A DNA stretch of 64,000 bases from Calditrichia bacterium (GCA_050633245.1 JBOEGD010000001.1:64001-128000), one strand, 5' to 3'; positions 38,001 to 46,728 are shown, numbered from the stretch's first letter. The notes: generated by a model from the letters alone, not told the origin. Numbers and translations: made by a program.

Positions 38001-38518
38001 GCGATAAACAGATCGAGATTGCCATCGTTGTCATAGTCCACCCAACTAACGCCGCGAGCATCAGTATTGTCGGTAACCAGTGTTCCGCTGGTAATGCGAG
38101 TGAAGGTATTGTTACCGTTGTTTCGATAAAACAGACGGTCTACATCGCGAATAGCGACAAATAAGTCGAGATCCCCATCATTATCAAAGTCTCCCCAACT
38201 GGCGCTGTTGCTCAAGCCCAAATCGCTGGCGATAGCTCCGGAAATCGTTTTGCTAAAGGTGCCGTTGCCATTATTGCGATACAGATAATTGACGGTGTCT
38301 ATATCTGTGAGAAAGAGATCGACATTGCCATCACCGTCATAGTCGCCCCAAGCGGAACCGCGCGATCCGCGCTGATCGCTGATAATATCGCCGGTATTAA
38401 CCCGGGTAAATGTTTGGGCGTCGATAAAGTTTGATGTCAGTATCAGGATGAAAAACAACTTGAGGCACCCTTCAAATTGCTTGCGGGGCGGCAAGAAGTT
38501 GTAATGGTTCATGATCAT
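32006..38518 (-). CDS. Large surface protein: 7 FG-GAP-like blades + ASPIC/UnbV, 12 FN3 domains, C-terminal FlgD-Ig/T9SS type A-like sorting domain
   Basis: Seven (W/V)xD(Y/F/I)DxDGxxD(L/I)F repeats; NSTAIGA..HFGLG..WPSG; twelve P..P..L..W..Y.YRS..YYY...N..GES-type repeats; QNYPNPFN..YNLLGQ..WDG..SGLY. Confidence 0.92.
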   Translation of the reverse strand: MIMNHYNFLPPRKQFEGCLKLFFILILTSNFIDAQTFTRVNTGDIISDQRGSRGSAWGDYDGDGNVDLFLTDIDTVNYLYRNNGNGTFSKTISGAIASDLGLSNSASWGDFDNDGDLDLFVAIRDVDRLFYRNNGNNTFTRITSGTLVTDNTDARGVSWVDYDNDGNLDLFIANIAESNQLYRNNGNSTFTAVTSGPVVTDNGRSSGGIWGDIDSDGDLDLFVPNDGNGSNENNFLYENNGDGTFSSVTSGPVVNNGGDSESALWADFDNDGDLDLFVANDGPDGDAINFLYQNNGSGSFSRAPEIDLLGNDTEDCSVADYDNDGDLDIFIANNNSQNNGLYRNDGNLNFTAVSGINVVSDAGESEGSSWADYDNDGDLDLFVANDEETNFLYRNNGNSNRWIKVNLVGTVSNSTAIGARIRIRTTQGGGQPLWQIREISGQTSAKSQNDITAHFGLGSSLTVDSIFVDWPSGLSSQLAGINSNQRITIEEGVTILPPAPPQNLGATALSISSIRLDWQANNDAPRTYFIYRSLSSGSGYVLVDSAAHPLTTYQDNSLGILTTYYYRISAVNNGGESGFSNEATATTNGVAPSVPTGLLATATSSSQIDLSWNASLNLPEKYYVYRSTTSGSGFVLHDSVDAAITNYSDIGLPTLTQYFYKMSAANVWGESGQSGEALATTNGLPPGIPPGLNATTQSDSRIALSWTAATNLPQRYVIYRSLTPGSGFAPLDSITQNTFSYIDSNLTALTTYYYTIQAVNIWGRSALSPEVNATTFGLAPSVPNGLTVAQVLTDSITISWGAALNNPTDYRVFRSLVPGGVYTLLDSTLAPTQSYSDTNVVPLTTYYYRVSARNIWGESLASDSVSATPPPAGAPTPPQALAGTPISETQIDLNWTASSGTPIRYRIYRSLTELEAFVVIDSVDHPTTAFSNIGLNASTTYYYQVRAVNSIGESAPSNTSGATTFGPPLPASNLQITSVGSDSIGLAWSTSGDGNPQYYRIYRAPSSGGSFVKVDSVLHPLASYTDRGLLPATAYFYQIDASNNFGGSAISNQVNETTNGVAPNAPTALQTSVLSPTQAALTWTASVGTPQKYYLYRSLVSAESYTLLDSVDHPAIAYNDNTLEPETRYYYVVSAGNIWGESGFSNEDSVDTPGLIPTRPLGLLAQGISASQIDLNWKAVRGAERYRLFRSLTPGAGFALIDSVSAPDSSFSDINLDASTTYYYQITAQNIWGESPPSDEVNATTGNIGAPAAPQELSATPISTSELRIEWVASISGDPVRYRIYRSLTSGTGFVKIDSINHPQTIYVSAELNPSTPYYYRVSAVNAGGESPASAEATATTFGAPTVPAGLTATALSSSQIDLGWEVSSGQPTRYRIFRALSSGGPFTAIDSLDHPQTAYSDTALTEFTTYYYQISALNQWGTSLPSIEVNATTPGSGTPTAPTDLIAGTVSNTQVLLSWATSSGNPLRYRIYRSLLPQSGFVLIDSTVHPVAGYVNSGLTPSTTYFYQIAAVNLSGESPQSNTASGTTFGPPTQPLNPDANPLSTSEIDLSWAASNGNPTRYRIYRSLNSGAGFTQIDSISHPSTGFRDEQLSEETTYYYFVTAFNQWGESIASQEINATTEGSGIVTAPSIITSSIITNPLTPQEGNPITVQVQVNGTSPSVTLHYGVDNDLLTASNISMISSGDDTYTATLPGSASTAKGLWFRIQAENSAGVVTAPIEGGVYDVNIRITNFSTIISDGGYPDGLPANGWNSVALPFNSTETISLTGLFGNQQFNDNGEPTNWAAYTYANNALQSVNSIRAGRAYFVYHKSDTEKQLTSSSGQSNDVDVFNSTILQPGWNLIPWPFNFASDIIIDAPQVIGSIWTSRSNSWSRLTDQLAPTTIISQAKPYQALAIFNKNSQDVLLGDAITLGNEIAPKGKTGSFLDWSIQLSLNSPIGMDEYNIIGMAAEANEAFDFLDEEEPLAVGNIDNLFLTQAERTLSSDIRPLNREGAVWEFKAQSSSKQHTELSFVSKDLPNGWQVRLIDVTLNETIDLADIPTAAIPLKNTGENRYYLIVGNASYIARKTGEIAAALPKQFALHQNYPNPFNGSTQISFDLPKSGDVRLAVYNLLGQQVTEVIRGYFETGSHVVTWDGNSSRGIPVASGLYFIRFEAESYSKVIKAMLVK

Positions 38519-38557
38519 GTCCGGTCTTTTATATCATTTTCTGAATTTTTGTTGTCT

Positions 38558-39907
38558 TTATAGTTCTTCGTCAAACTGAATAACTTCGCCTGAGCGGATG
38601 TAAGGATAGAAAATTAACTTTATCATTTTTATCGAACTCGATTCACTTTCCAACGACAGCTTCCATTCTAAAAAGTGATAAGAGTTGCCAGCTTGTTTTC
38701 CAAACACGTAAATAATGCCGCGAATTTCGCTGTTTTCTTTCGTAACATCAATTCGAGTTGGATACAGATAAATGCTGCCTTCCTGACGGAGGGCATGGAA
38801 AAAATCAGGGACGCTGGCCAATTTCTCCAGAGGCAAATTGCGAACGTCATAGCCACGGTATTGAAGCGTACCGCGTGCTGTAAATGAACTGGACGGATTT
38901 ACTATCTGAGAATAGAGTTCCTTTAGGGCAGCGTTGAGTGTCGGCAATGCTTTTTCCACGTCCAGATTTGAGCCGATATAAGGCAGAGCCAGACTGCTAT
39001 TGAACTTTAGTGACGCGTTATCAGCCAGCGTCAACCTGAGTTGAGGTGTTATCTGATTATCATTCAGTAAGTAGCGAATGCTCTTGATTTCCTGCACCTT
39101 TTGAGTTGGGTAAGGAACTGTTAGCGTCGTGCCGCTTAGTTTAGCATCCGGATAGTAACGCTGCCAATCCTGCAGTGTTGTGGCAGGGGCGATAGTTCTG
39201 CTACTCATCGTAGCCAGCAGAGACTCGTACAGCTTTTCTTGCTTTTCTGCAGTATTCTGAGGAGCAGGTAGATGCTCTGGAAGCTCTACAGTAACGCCGC
39301 GCAAATTTTGGGCGTCCATCTGAATTCGAATCTTCTTCTCGCTGGACTGAATACCAAATTCTCGCATTTCAAAAACACCGGGAAAATCTTTTACTAAACG
39401 TGCTGCGATACTACTCTTTGAACCGAGTTGTCGATACGATACGCTAACCTGACGAAAAAAGAATAGATCCATTAGCGCAGCAGAATCGCCGGCATCAATG
39501 CGATAAAGAAACTGACCAACCCAACGAGCTGCGTCTGGAATATCTGTCAGTTTGCTGATTTCCGGAAGGAAGCGCTCGACGTGTTGAATCTTCTTTTGAG
39601 AGTTCGTCTCGAAAATAAGTAAATAGCTGATCTTGGTTCCGGGAAGAGACAGTTCGAGTAGCTTCTTGCTGCCTTTGCTTTCAGCGTGTTCTATAACCGG
39701 AGACGGGTATTTCATCTGAAACCGCTGAAAGATTGCCTTCTCGTAGGAGTCAATAAACCAGTCATCCGGCTGATTCCACACCTGTTTAGCCCAACGTTTT
39801 AAGTTCTGGGATGTTTCCGAGGTTTTGGTCGTTTCGGACGCTTGAAATGCAAACAGCGAACACATTGCTATTAGCAGAATGGTTTTTATTGGGGTCTTTA
39901 AAATCAT
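38558..39907 (-). CDS. Exported hypothetical protein
   Basis: 449-aa ORF with signal peptide, 3 nt from the upstream gene. Confidence 0.75.
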   Translation of the reverse strand: MILKTPIKTILLIAMCSLFAFQASETTKTSETSQNLKRWAKQVWNQPDDWFIDSYEKAIFQRFQMKYPSPVIEHAESKGSKKLLELSLPGTKISYLLIFETNSQKKIQHVERFLPEISKLTDIPDAARWVGQFLYRIDAGDSAALMDLFFFRQVSVSYRQLGSKSSIAARLVKDFPGVFEMREFGIQSSEKKIRIQMDAQNLRGVTVELPEHLPAPQNTAEKQEKLYESLLATMSSRTIAPATTLQDWQRYYPDAKLSGTTLTVPYPTQKVQEIKSIRYLLNDNQITPQLRLTLADNASLKFNSSLALPYIGSNLDVEKALPTLNAALKELYSQIVNPSSSFTARGTLQYRGYDVRNLPLEKLASVPDFFHALRQEGSIYLYPTRIDVTKENSEIRGIIYVFGKQAGNSYHFLEWKLSLESESSSIKMIKLIFYPYIRSGEVIQFDEEL

Positions 39908-39910
39908 GTA

Positions 39911-40888
39911 TTACTCAATTATATCGAAGTCAAAAATACTTACTGTGGATCCATCCTCAAACTGTTCCGGTTGCCAGGCTCTTACGTGCACAATCGGTTC
40001 TTCCGGCTGCACGAAATCCATCATTAGAAATAGATAGCCTTCATCGCTATAGTTACTGGAATTCCAGCGTTGCTTTAACTGCACGCCATAAATTTGATTA
40101 AAGCGCGGGTGACGATTGATTATGATATCGTCAAAGTTGATTTGCACAAACTCATTTGCCCGGAAGGCTTGCGATAAACGGCGCAGATAGTCGTGCTTCT
40201 TCAGCAGGAGAAAGCGAATTTGCTCGTCGCTTAGAAAGCTCTTTTGCAGAAAATCAGAATCCTGTTCCTGCACCTTTACCACGTTGCCTACGATGATCAG
40301 TGCGTCGTCAGACAATGTGCGCTCGATAAACACCGAATCTTTTCGATTGTAGGCAGTGCGATAGAGTTCTATAAAGTGCAGGATCTTTTCGCGATAGGCC
40401 AAGTCGTTTAGTTTACGTCCCTGCTCGATGATCTCCAGATAACGCTGCTTCTTCACCGTAAACTTGGTTGCTGTTATTTGTCCACTGGCGTTAAAGGTAA
40501 ACACGAGGTATTGATAAGGAACGGAGTTCTTACTCGACTTGGTGAGACGTACCTTAAGATCTCGTATCTCGAAACTGCCGTCCGATTTAGCAAGTAGAAA
40601 ACTGGTGTATTCAGATTCATTGGCATAAACTCCCGCTTCGTGGATCAGACTTGTGAAATCGTTGAACGCACCATTACTGAAGTGGTTGGTTACTCTACTG
40701 AGTGAGCTGCCGGTTTCATGATATTGATTCGCCGCATTTAAAACGTCATTCAGTGCAACTTCTACTTTTGCACGTAAGTCGGCTTCGCCGCCGTATTGAA
40801 CAACAACGGTTGTTCGCATACCAAAAGCAGCGAGTGGTAGTAAAAGGGCCAGGGCAAAAAGATTGGTAAATCCCCGCATTTTCTTCAT
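39911..40888 (-). CDS. Exported hypothetical protein with NTF2-like C-terminal domain
   Basis: Signal peptide; FIELYRTAYNRKD..LSDDALIIVG..YGVQLKQ.W.S..YSDEGYLFL..DF..PIVHVRAWQP; start 40888 or 40879. Confidence 0.75.
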   Translation of the reverse strand: MKKMRGFTNLFALALLLPLAAFGMRTTVVVQYGGEADLRAKVEVALNDVLNAANQYHETGSSLSRVTNHFSNGAFNDFTSLIHEAGVYANESEYTSFLLAKSDGSFEIRDLKVRLTKSSKNSVPYQYLVFTFNASGQITATKFTVKKQRYLEIIEQGRKLNDLAYREKILHFIELYRTAYNRKDSVFIERTLSDDALIIVGNVVKVQEQDSDFLQKSFLSDEQIRFLLLKKHDYLRRLSQAFRANEFVQINFDDIIINRHPRFNQIYGVQLKQRWNSSNYSDEGYLFLMMDFVQPEEPIVHVRAWQPEQFEDGSTVSIFDFDIIE

Positions 40889-40890
40889 CC

Positions 40891-42813
40891 TTACTGATTT
40901 GAATAAAGCTCTACCCAAACATCAATCTTGCCTTTAAAATGTTCAGATAAGCTCGTATAGGTTGCACTATTATCAACGCTTGCGAACACGCCATCCTTAT
41001 AGTAAAGGACATCGTGAATCTTACTCTGGTCGATTATTAGAATATATTTATCATTTTCATTAAAAAACTGGTCACGCTTTCCATAAGCCAGCCTGCCTTC
41101 GCTCTTATTGCGTTTTAGCCAACTCTCTGCTTCTATTGGCGTTTTTAAGTCACGTATCTTTTTTGCGAACGCTTTGCCTTCTGCCGGTATTAAAACACGT
41201 TCGGGTGTTGAAAGTTCAATTGAAGCAGATTGTTCTGCTGTCAATTCAGATACTTCTTTATTCGCTGTCCGGGCATAGTAAAACGACAGAAATAGCACGA
41301 GTGCTGCAAGTGCCGCAAAAACCAGATACATTGGTTTTTTAGACGCCTTGGGGTTTGCTGTGCTAACGATGCGTTCTTCAGAAACCTCTTCTGCCAGATT
41401 CGTGACGGTTGGCGCATCGGCGGTCATTTTTGTGGTAACGCTGAACAGGCGATGCGTTTCGTCCAACTCGGCCAGATCGCGAAGGCCCAACTCCTTTAAT
41501 TCAAATTGAGGGTGTTGAACCACGCCCTTAAAAACGGATTCGGTGATAAGAATGCTGCCCGGAGAAGCAATGTCACTCAGAATACCGGCTGTGTTATGAT
41601 CATTTTCGCTGAGCTCTTTGGTCATCAACGTGATGTTACCGCGATGTAGGGCAATTCGAGCACTTGCTCGGGGAAGTGGTGATTTGGAGAGGCCAAAGCG
41701 ATTGAGAGAATGTTGAATTTCAAGTGCGGACTGCACGGCATTAAACGATTGATTGAAGTGACTGTATAGTGCGCCGTTTTTCTCGGCGATCAGTTCGCCG
41801 CCGTGTTCACGAATGGCGCGAATAATCGCTGCTTGTGGTCCGGTGTCCGATAATCCCGGTCCCGGCAATGCCGGAATACCACCGGGCTCAACCACTGTTG
41901 CGCACATCATTGTGGCATCGCGTTGAATGGGTTTGGTATAATCTGCATCATGATGCAGGCTGGCCGGCTCGGCTATGGGTAATAGTGTTTTCTCACGTCG
42001 CAGATCCAACAGCACTTCATCCATAGATTGATAACGGTTATTGGCATCCTTCTCGAGCAACTTGCTTAAAATCTTCTTTATTCCAATAGGTACTTTTTGT
42101 CTGAACTGCAGTATCGGCCGCGGTTGGCTATTCATTATGGCATACAAAACGGCGGCCTGGCCTTCACCCTGAAACGGACGATTACCGGTTAACAGTTCAT
42201 ACATCAAGATGCCAAAAGAAAATATGTCGGAGCGATGATCGACCGGAAGATCGGCGACCTGTTCCGGAGAAAGATAGTGCAGCGTACCAAAGGTTGTTCC
42301 GGCCATCGTGATTTCCGGAGCCTGGATAAATTTAGCGGTACCGAAATCTAGGATCTTGATACGCCCCTTTGTATCGAGAATTAGATTTTTGGACTTAACG
42401 TCTCTGTGAATAATTCCGGCAAGATGTGCCTCGCGAAGTCCGTCTGCAATTTGCAGAGAAATATCGATAACTTTTTGCAATGACTGTTCGCCCGAGCGGA
42501 TAACGCGATCCAACGTTTGCCCACGCACATATTCCATCGCGATATAATAGCTGTCCTCAAACTCGCCAAACCCAAATATTGTAACGATGTTTGGGTGATT
42601 GAGGGCCGCCGCAGAACGCGCTTCTCGTAAAAAACGAGTGCGGGCATCTGCCTCTTTTATGTAGCGTGTGGATAAGAATTTTAGTGCTACTCTACGGCTA
42701 AGCTGTAGCTCTTCGGCAAGATATACCTCGCCCATGCCACCTTCGCCAAGAAGGCTGTCTATTCGATATCCGTCTACAGTTTTTCCTATCATAAGCATGT
42801 CTGTGGTGTTCAC
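40891..42813 (-). CDS. Hanks-type Ser/Thr kinase + degenerate class III cyclase domain + TM + extracytoplasmic domain
   Basis: LGEGGMGEVY, VALK, HRDVKSKN, DFG, GTLHYLSPEQ; HGG..AV.SALEIQ..RIALH.G..ASPGSILITE; TM LVFAALAALVLFLSFYY; start may be 42798 or 42792. Confidence 0.9.
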   Translation of the reverse strand: MNTTDMLMIGKTVDGYRIDSLLGEGGMGEVYLAEELQLSRRVALKFLSTRYIKEADARTRFLREARSAAALNHPNIVTIFGFGEFEDSYYIAMEYVRGQTLDRVIRSGEQSLQKVIDISLQIADGLREAHLAGIIHRDVKSKNLILDTKGRIKILDFGTAKFIQAPEITMAGTTFGTLHYLSPEQVADLPVDHRSDIFSFGILMYELLTGNRPFQGEGQAAVLYAIMNSQPRPILQFRQKVPIGIKKILSKLLEKDANNRYQSMDEVLLDLRREKTLLPIAEPASLHHDADYTKPIQRDATMMCATVVEPGGIPALPGPGLSDTGPQAAIIRAIREHGGELIAEKNGALYSHFNQSFNAVQSALEIQHSLNRFGLSKSPLPRASARIALHRGNITLMTKELSENDHNTAGILSDIASPGSILITESVFKGVVQHPQFELKELGLRDLAELDETHRLFSVTTKMTADAPTVTNLAEEVSEERIVSTANPKASKKPMYLVFAALAALVLFLSFYYARTANKEVSELTAEQSASIELSTPERVLIPAEGKAFAKKIRDLKTPIEAESWLKRNKSEGRLAYGKRDQFFNENDKYILIIDQSKIHDVLYYKDGVFASVDNSATYTSLSEHFKGKIDVWVELYSNQ

Positions 42814-43030
42814 ATTATTTGTGACTATAATTATGACACAAAGTCACAGGTTTTTTTATGAAACCAAGGAATTTCTCTTTGTTGGAAATCAGGGGCGGTT
42901 TATTGATTAGATTTGCTGCAAATGTACGCTATTTGCGAAGCAAAAGGAATGGCTTTTTAAGTATTTAGGCAGGCTGAAATTTGGAAGGGAGTGGATCTCA
43001 AATATGTTGAAATCCACTCGCGAATCGATA

Positions 43031-43576
43031 CTAGTTTTTACTCTCTTCTTTATGATGCTCTTTACCATCGGTGTCCTTATGGCTTTTTTCCATATGAGCC
43101 TTTTCTTTGGGACCAAAATAAGTGGCAGCAAAGGTATTCAGCGTTGCAGTAAGCATCTCAGCATTCTTGGCATCGGTGGTTTGCTTGCACTTCATTGCGT
43201 AAAAAAGCATCTGATGCAGGAGGGCACACTGATTTAAATATTTGGCATGTGCTTTCTTATCCTTCGGACCGGCAGGTTTAATGCGTTGGGTTAACCAATA
43301 CGCAGAAACCGCTTCCTGAATAAGCTGAGCATGTTCTTCTTTATTGTTTACCCAACGAACCAGTTGATTATAATTAACCGGGCTTTTTCCGGATAGCTCG
43401 GAGATTTGTGCCATAGACTTACTGATTGTTGTGATATGCTGACGAATTTCATCGATCTGAAGTTGGTCACCATAGATTCCACATGGAACCTGGCAGTGGG
43501 CCGATGCCGATGATATACTCAACAGCAGCGCTATTGCAGTGGTTAGCAGTGTCTTTGAAAGAATAGAAGACTTCAT
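43031..43576 (-). CDS. sodN: Nickel superoxide dismutase precursor
   Basis: Ni-hook HCQVPCGIY after a 26-aa leader; RWV.NKEEHA; YWLTQRIKP; KCKQT. Confidence 0.95.
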   Translation of the reverse strand: MKSSILSKTLLTTAIALLLSISSASAHCQVPCGIYGDQLQIDEIRQHITTISKSMAQISELSGKSPVNYNQLVRWVNNKEEHAQLIQEAVSAYWLTQRIKPAGPKDKKAHAKYLNQCALLHQMLFYAMKCKQTTDAKNAEMLTATLNTFAATYFGPKEKAHMEKSHKDTDGKEHHKEESKN

Positions 43577-44111
43577 ATACTTCCTTTCTAAATTCTGATG
43601 TTATATATATGTGTGAGATTCGTTTTGTTAGGATTACGCTGATAAATATTGTGGATTCCTTGTGATAAGTCAATTCCTTTCTCTGAAATCGATAGCGTGC
43701 CAAACCGATTCAAAGAGTCTGCCTGGAGAGCTGCAATTACATGCGTTATAGCGGCTGTCTCGTGAAAAACTGCAAATTGCCTTGCCTCGTCTTCAATAAT
43801 TTGTATATTCTTCAACCTTAAACGATGAGTATTTAGAAAAGACTATTGTATCGTTAGGTGTTCTTTTTGAGCCCTTATTCCTTGTCTCAAGCAGGATATA
43901 GCTATCTGTGATTTGCATCTTTTTATTTATAGATCCCCTTGCTATGTTTAGCTGCTGAATGGATACAATCGAATAAAAGTAATTATCTAAAACCATGCTA
44001 TTATCTATTCGATGGTGATTATGATAAATTGTAATTTACATTCAATCAACGTGTTAAGTTACCATGCCGTGAATGTTGGCTGGTATACAACAGGAGAAAA
44101 ACGGTTCTATT

Positions 44112-46421
44112 ATGGGTAAGAATCTGGTAATAGTTGAGTCCCCTGCCAAAGCAAAAACAATCAATAAATATCTCGGTGATGAATTTCAAGTACTCGCGTC
44201 TTATGGACACGTGCGTGATCTGGTTCCTAAGGAGGGAGCTGTTGATACAGACACCTTCTCTATGAAATACGAGATTATTGACAAGAATAAAAAATATGTC
44301 GATGCGATTTGCAAAGCGGTCAAAAAAGCCGATTCATTAATTCTGGCAACTGACCCCGATCGCGAAGGCGAGGCTATTTCCTGGCATGTATATGAATTAC
44401 TGCAAGATAAAAAGCTGATAAAAGATATGCCGGTTAAGCGTGTTATCTTTCACGAGATCACCAAAAGCGCGATCAAGGAAGCGATGTCTCATCCGCGCAC
44501 GCTTTCTATGGATTTGATTAATGCACAGCAGGCACGTCGTGCATTGGATTATCTGGTGGGATTTAACCTTTCGCCGCTACTTTGGAAGAAAATCCGGCGC
44601 GGACTCTCCGCCGGGCGTGTGCAAAGCCCGGCCTTGCGTATGATTGTGGAACGAGAGCTGGAAATTGAGGCCTTCGTTGAGCAGGAATATTGGAGTATTG
44701 AAGCGGACGTTGAGAAAGCCAAAAAGCCGTTTCTTGGAAAGCTTTCTCACTATGAAGGCCGCAAGCTAAAGCAATTTGATATTAGTGATGGTGAATCGGC
44801 TGCAGATGTAAAGAAAAAGCTTATTGCCGAAGCAAATGGCAAGCTTGACGTTCTCTCTGTCGAAAAGAAAAAGCGCAAGCGCAATCCTACTGCACCCTTT
44901 ATTACCTCAACACTTCAGCAGGAAGCATCTCGTAAACTGGGATTTTCGGCACAACGCACCATGCGTTTGGCACAGCAGCTTTATGAAGGCGTTGATGTCG
45001 GTAGTGGTGAAGTGGGCCTCATTACCTATATGAGAACGGACTCGGTAACCCTTTCCGGTGAAGCCATTACCGAAATTCGCGAGTTGATTGGCCAGCGTTA
45101 TGGACAAGACCAGATGCCGGATAAGCCCCACACCTATAAAACCAAATCTAAAAATGCTCAGGAAGCGCACGAGGCCATTCGCCCGACGTCTGTAAAACGC
45201 ATTCCAGATGAAATAAAGACCCGTCTTACGCCCGATCAGATGAAGCTGTATGACATGATCTGGAAGCGCACCGTTGCCAGTCAGATGATTTCTGCCACGA
45301 TCAATACGGTTGCAATCGAACTTGGTTGCGGAGAAGGAAATATTTTTCGCGCTACGGGCTCGACAATTGCAGATCCCGGTTTTATGGCTGTCTATCAGGA
45401 AGGCAATGACGAGAATAAGCCCGAGGTAGAAGGCAATCTACTGCCCGAGCTGGAAAAGGGCGAAGTTGTTGATCTGAAGGAAATTCGTTCTGAGCAGCAC
45501 TTTACCAAGCCGCCGGCAAGATTCTCCGAAGCCAGCCTTATCAAATCTCTTGAAGAATACGGTATTGGTCGCCCATCAACATACGCGGCAATTATTGGAA
45601 CGCTGATCGCCCGCGAATATGTGACTTTGGAATCCCGCCGCTTCTTTCCGACAGATGTCGGTCGTATTGTGAATGGGTTTCTAACCGGACACTTTGATAA
45701 GTATGTCGACTTTGATTTTACTGCTCAGCTGGAAGATGATCTGGATGCTGTCTCTCGTGGCGAGAAAGAGTGGAAGCCATTGATGCGCGACTTCTGGGGA
45801 CCATTCCACAGTCGCATTGATGAAAAAGAAAAGATCCCACGTGAAGAACTGGTTGAAATGCGACAGCTTGGTACCGATCCGAAAACCGGTCGTCCGGTAA
45901 CTGTGCGTTTGGCAAAGTTTGGAACGGTTGTGCAAATCGGCACGAAAGATGATGAAGAGAAGCCACTGTTTGCCGGGCTGAGACCGGGACAGACCATGCA
46001 GGCGATTACGCTTGATGAAGCCATGCGCCTGTTCGACCTGCCCCGTGAACTGGGTGAAACAGCAGAAGGAGAGCCGGTTTCTGCTAATATTGGTCGCTAT
46101 GGTCCTTATATTCGCTATGGCAGCAAGTTCGCATCTCTTGGTGAAGAAGACGATCCCTATACCGTCACACTCGAACGTGCTCTGGAAGTTGTGAAAGAGA
46201 AAAAAGAAGCGGATGCCAATAAAGTTATCAAACTTTTTGAAGGCACAGAAATCCAGGTATTACGCGGCCGTTATGGCCCATACATCACCGATGGCAAGAA
46301 GAACGCACGTATTCCCAAAGGCAAAGAACCTGAAGAATTGACGCTCGAAGAATGCCAGGAGTTAATTGAAAAGGCCCCTGAAAAACGCGCACGCGGTAGA
46401 GCACGTAAGAAGAAGAGCTAA
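44112..46421 (+). CDS. topA: DNA topoisomerase I
   Basis: LVIVESPAKAKTI, ATDPDREGE, SAGRVQ, GLITYMRTD (catalytic Tyr), QEAHEAIRP; C-terminal GRYGPY repeats. Confidence 0.98.
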   Translation: MGKNLVIVESPAKAKTINKYLGDEFQVLASYGHVRDLVPKEGAVDTDTFSMKYEIIDKNKKYVDAICKAVKKADSLILATDPDREGEAISWHVYELLQDKKLIKDMPVKRVIFHEITKSAIKEAMSHPRTLSMDLINAQQARRALDYLVGFNLSPLLWKKIRRGLSAGRVQSPALRMIVERELEIEAFVEQEYWSIEADVEKAKKPFLGKLSHYEGRKLKQFDISDGESAADVKKKLIAEANGKLDVLSVEKKKRKRNPTAPFITSTLQQEASRKLGFSAQRTMRLAQQLYEGVDVGSGEVGLITYMRTDSVTLSGEAITEIRELIGQRYGQDQMPDKPHTYKTKSKNAQEAHEAIRPTSVKRIPDEIKTRLTPDQMKLYDMIWKRTVASQMISATINTVAIELGCGEGNIFRATGSTIADPGFMAVYQEGNDENKPEVEGNLLPELEKGEVVDLKEIRSEQHFTKPPARFSEASLIKSLEEYGIGRPSTYAAIIGTLIAREYVTLESRRFFPTDVGRIVNGFLTGHFDKYVDFDFTAQLEDDLDAVSRGEKEWKPLMRDFWGPFHSRIDEKEKIPREELVEMRQLGTDPKTGRPVTVRLAKFGTVVQIGTKDDEEKPLFAGLRPGQTMQAITLDEAMRLFDLPRELGETAEGEPVSANIGRYGPYIRYGSKFASLGEEDDPYTVTLERALEVVKEKKEADANKVIKLFEGTEIQVLRGRYGPYITDGKKNARIPKGKEPEELTLEECQELIEKAPEKRARGRARKKKS

Positions 46422-46422
46422 T

Positions 46423-46728
46423 ATGAAATTTCTACCTTGGTCGGAAGATCACTGGCTTAGCAGAGAAGGAAAACTTCTTCCCTGGGATAAGCTGGAACAT
46501 TTTGCAATCGCCTTTTTAGGTGTATTTCTTGGCATTCTACTGCTGGGAGTTAATGTTCAGCTGGTGCTGATTTTAGCCGGTGTCGCGGGCGTGGCGTGGG
46601 AAATTAAAGATGGCTTTGTTGCGTATAACGATGCCGGCGATATTCAGGGATTTTCCTGGAAGGATATCGTTGCTGATTTTGCCGGCATTGGATTGGCTTA
46701 CGCTTTAACACTTCTACAAGTCGGCTAA
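46423..46728 (+). CDS. Small membrane protein, YfiM/DUF2279-like
   Basis: DKLEHF, WEIKD, GFSWKDIVAD..G; ATG immediately after the topA stop. Confidence 0.7.
   Translation: MKFLPWSEDHWLSREGKLLPWDKLEHFAIAFLGVFLGILLLGVNVQLVLILAGVAGVAWEIKDGFVAYNDAGDIQGFSWKDIVADFAGIGLAYALTLLQVG

Noticed and set aside
33645-38410. Internal repeats of the large surface protein as a diversity-generating or recombination cassette
   Set aside because: Repeats are diverged at DNA level; no reverse transcriptase, invertase or template/variable repeat pair seen
43600-43645. Possible NikR/Nur operator upstream of sodN
   Set aside because: No convincing palindrome matching known boxes
43588-43996. Two short overlapping ORFs in the AT-rich sodN-topA gap (possible frameshifted gene or sodX)
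   Set aside because: No S26 peptidase or other motif; cannot be distinguished from promoter DNA or an unrecognisable remnant
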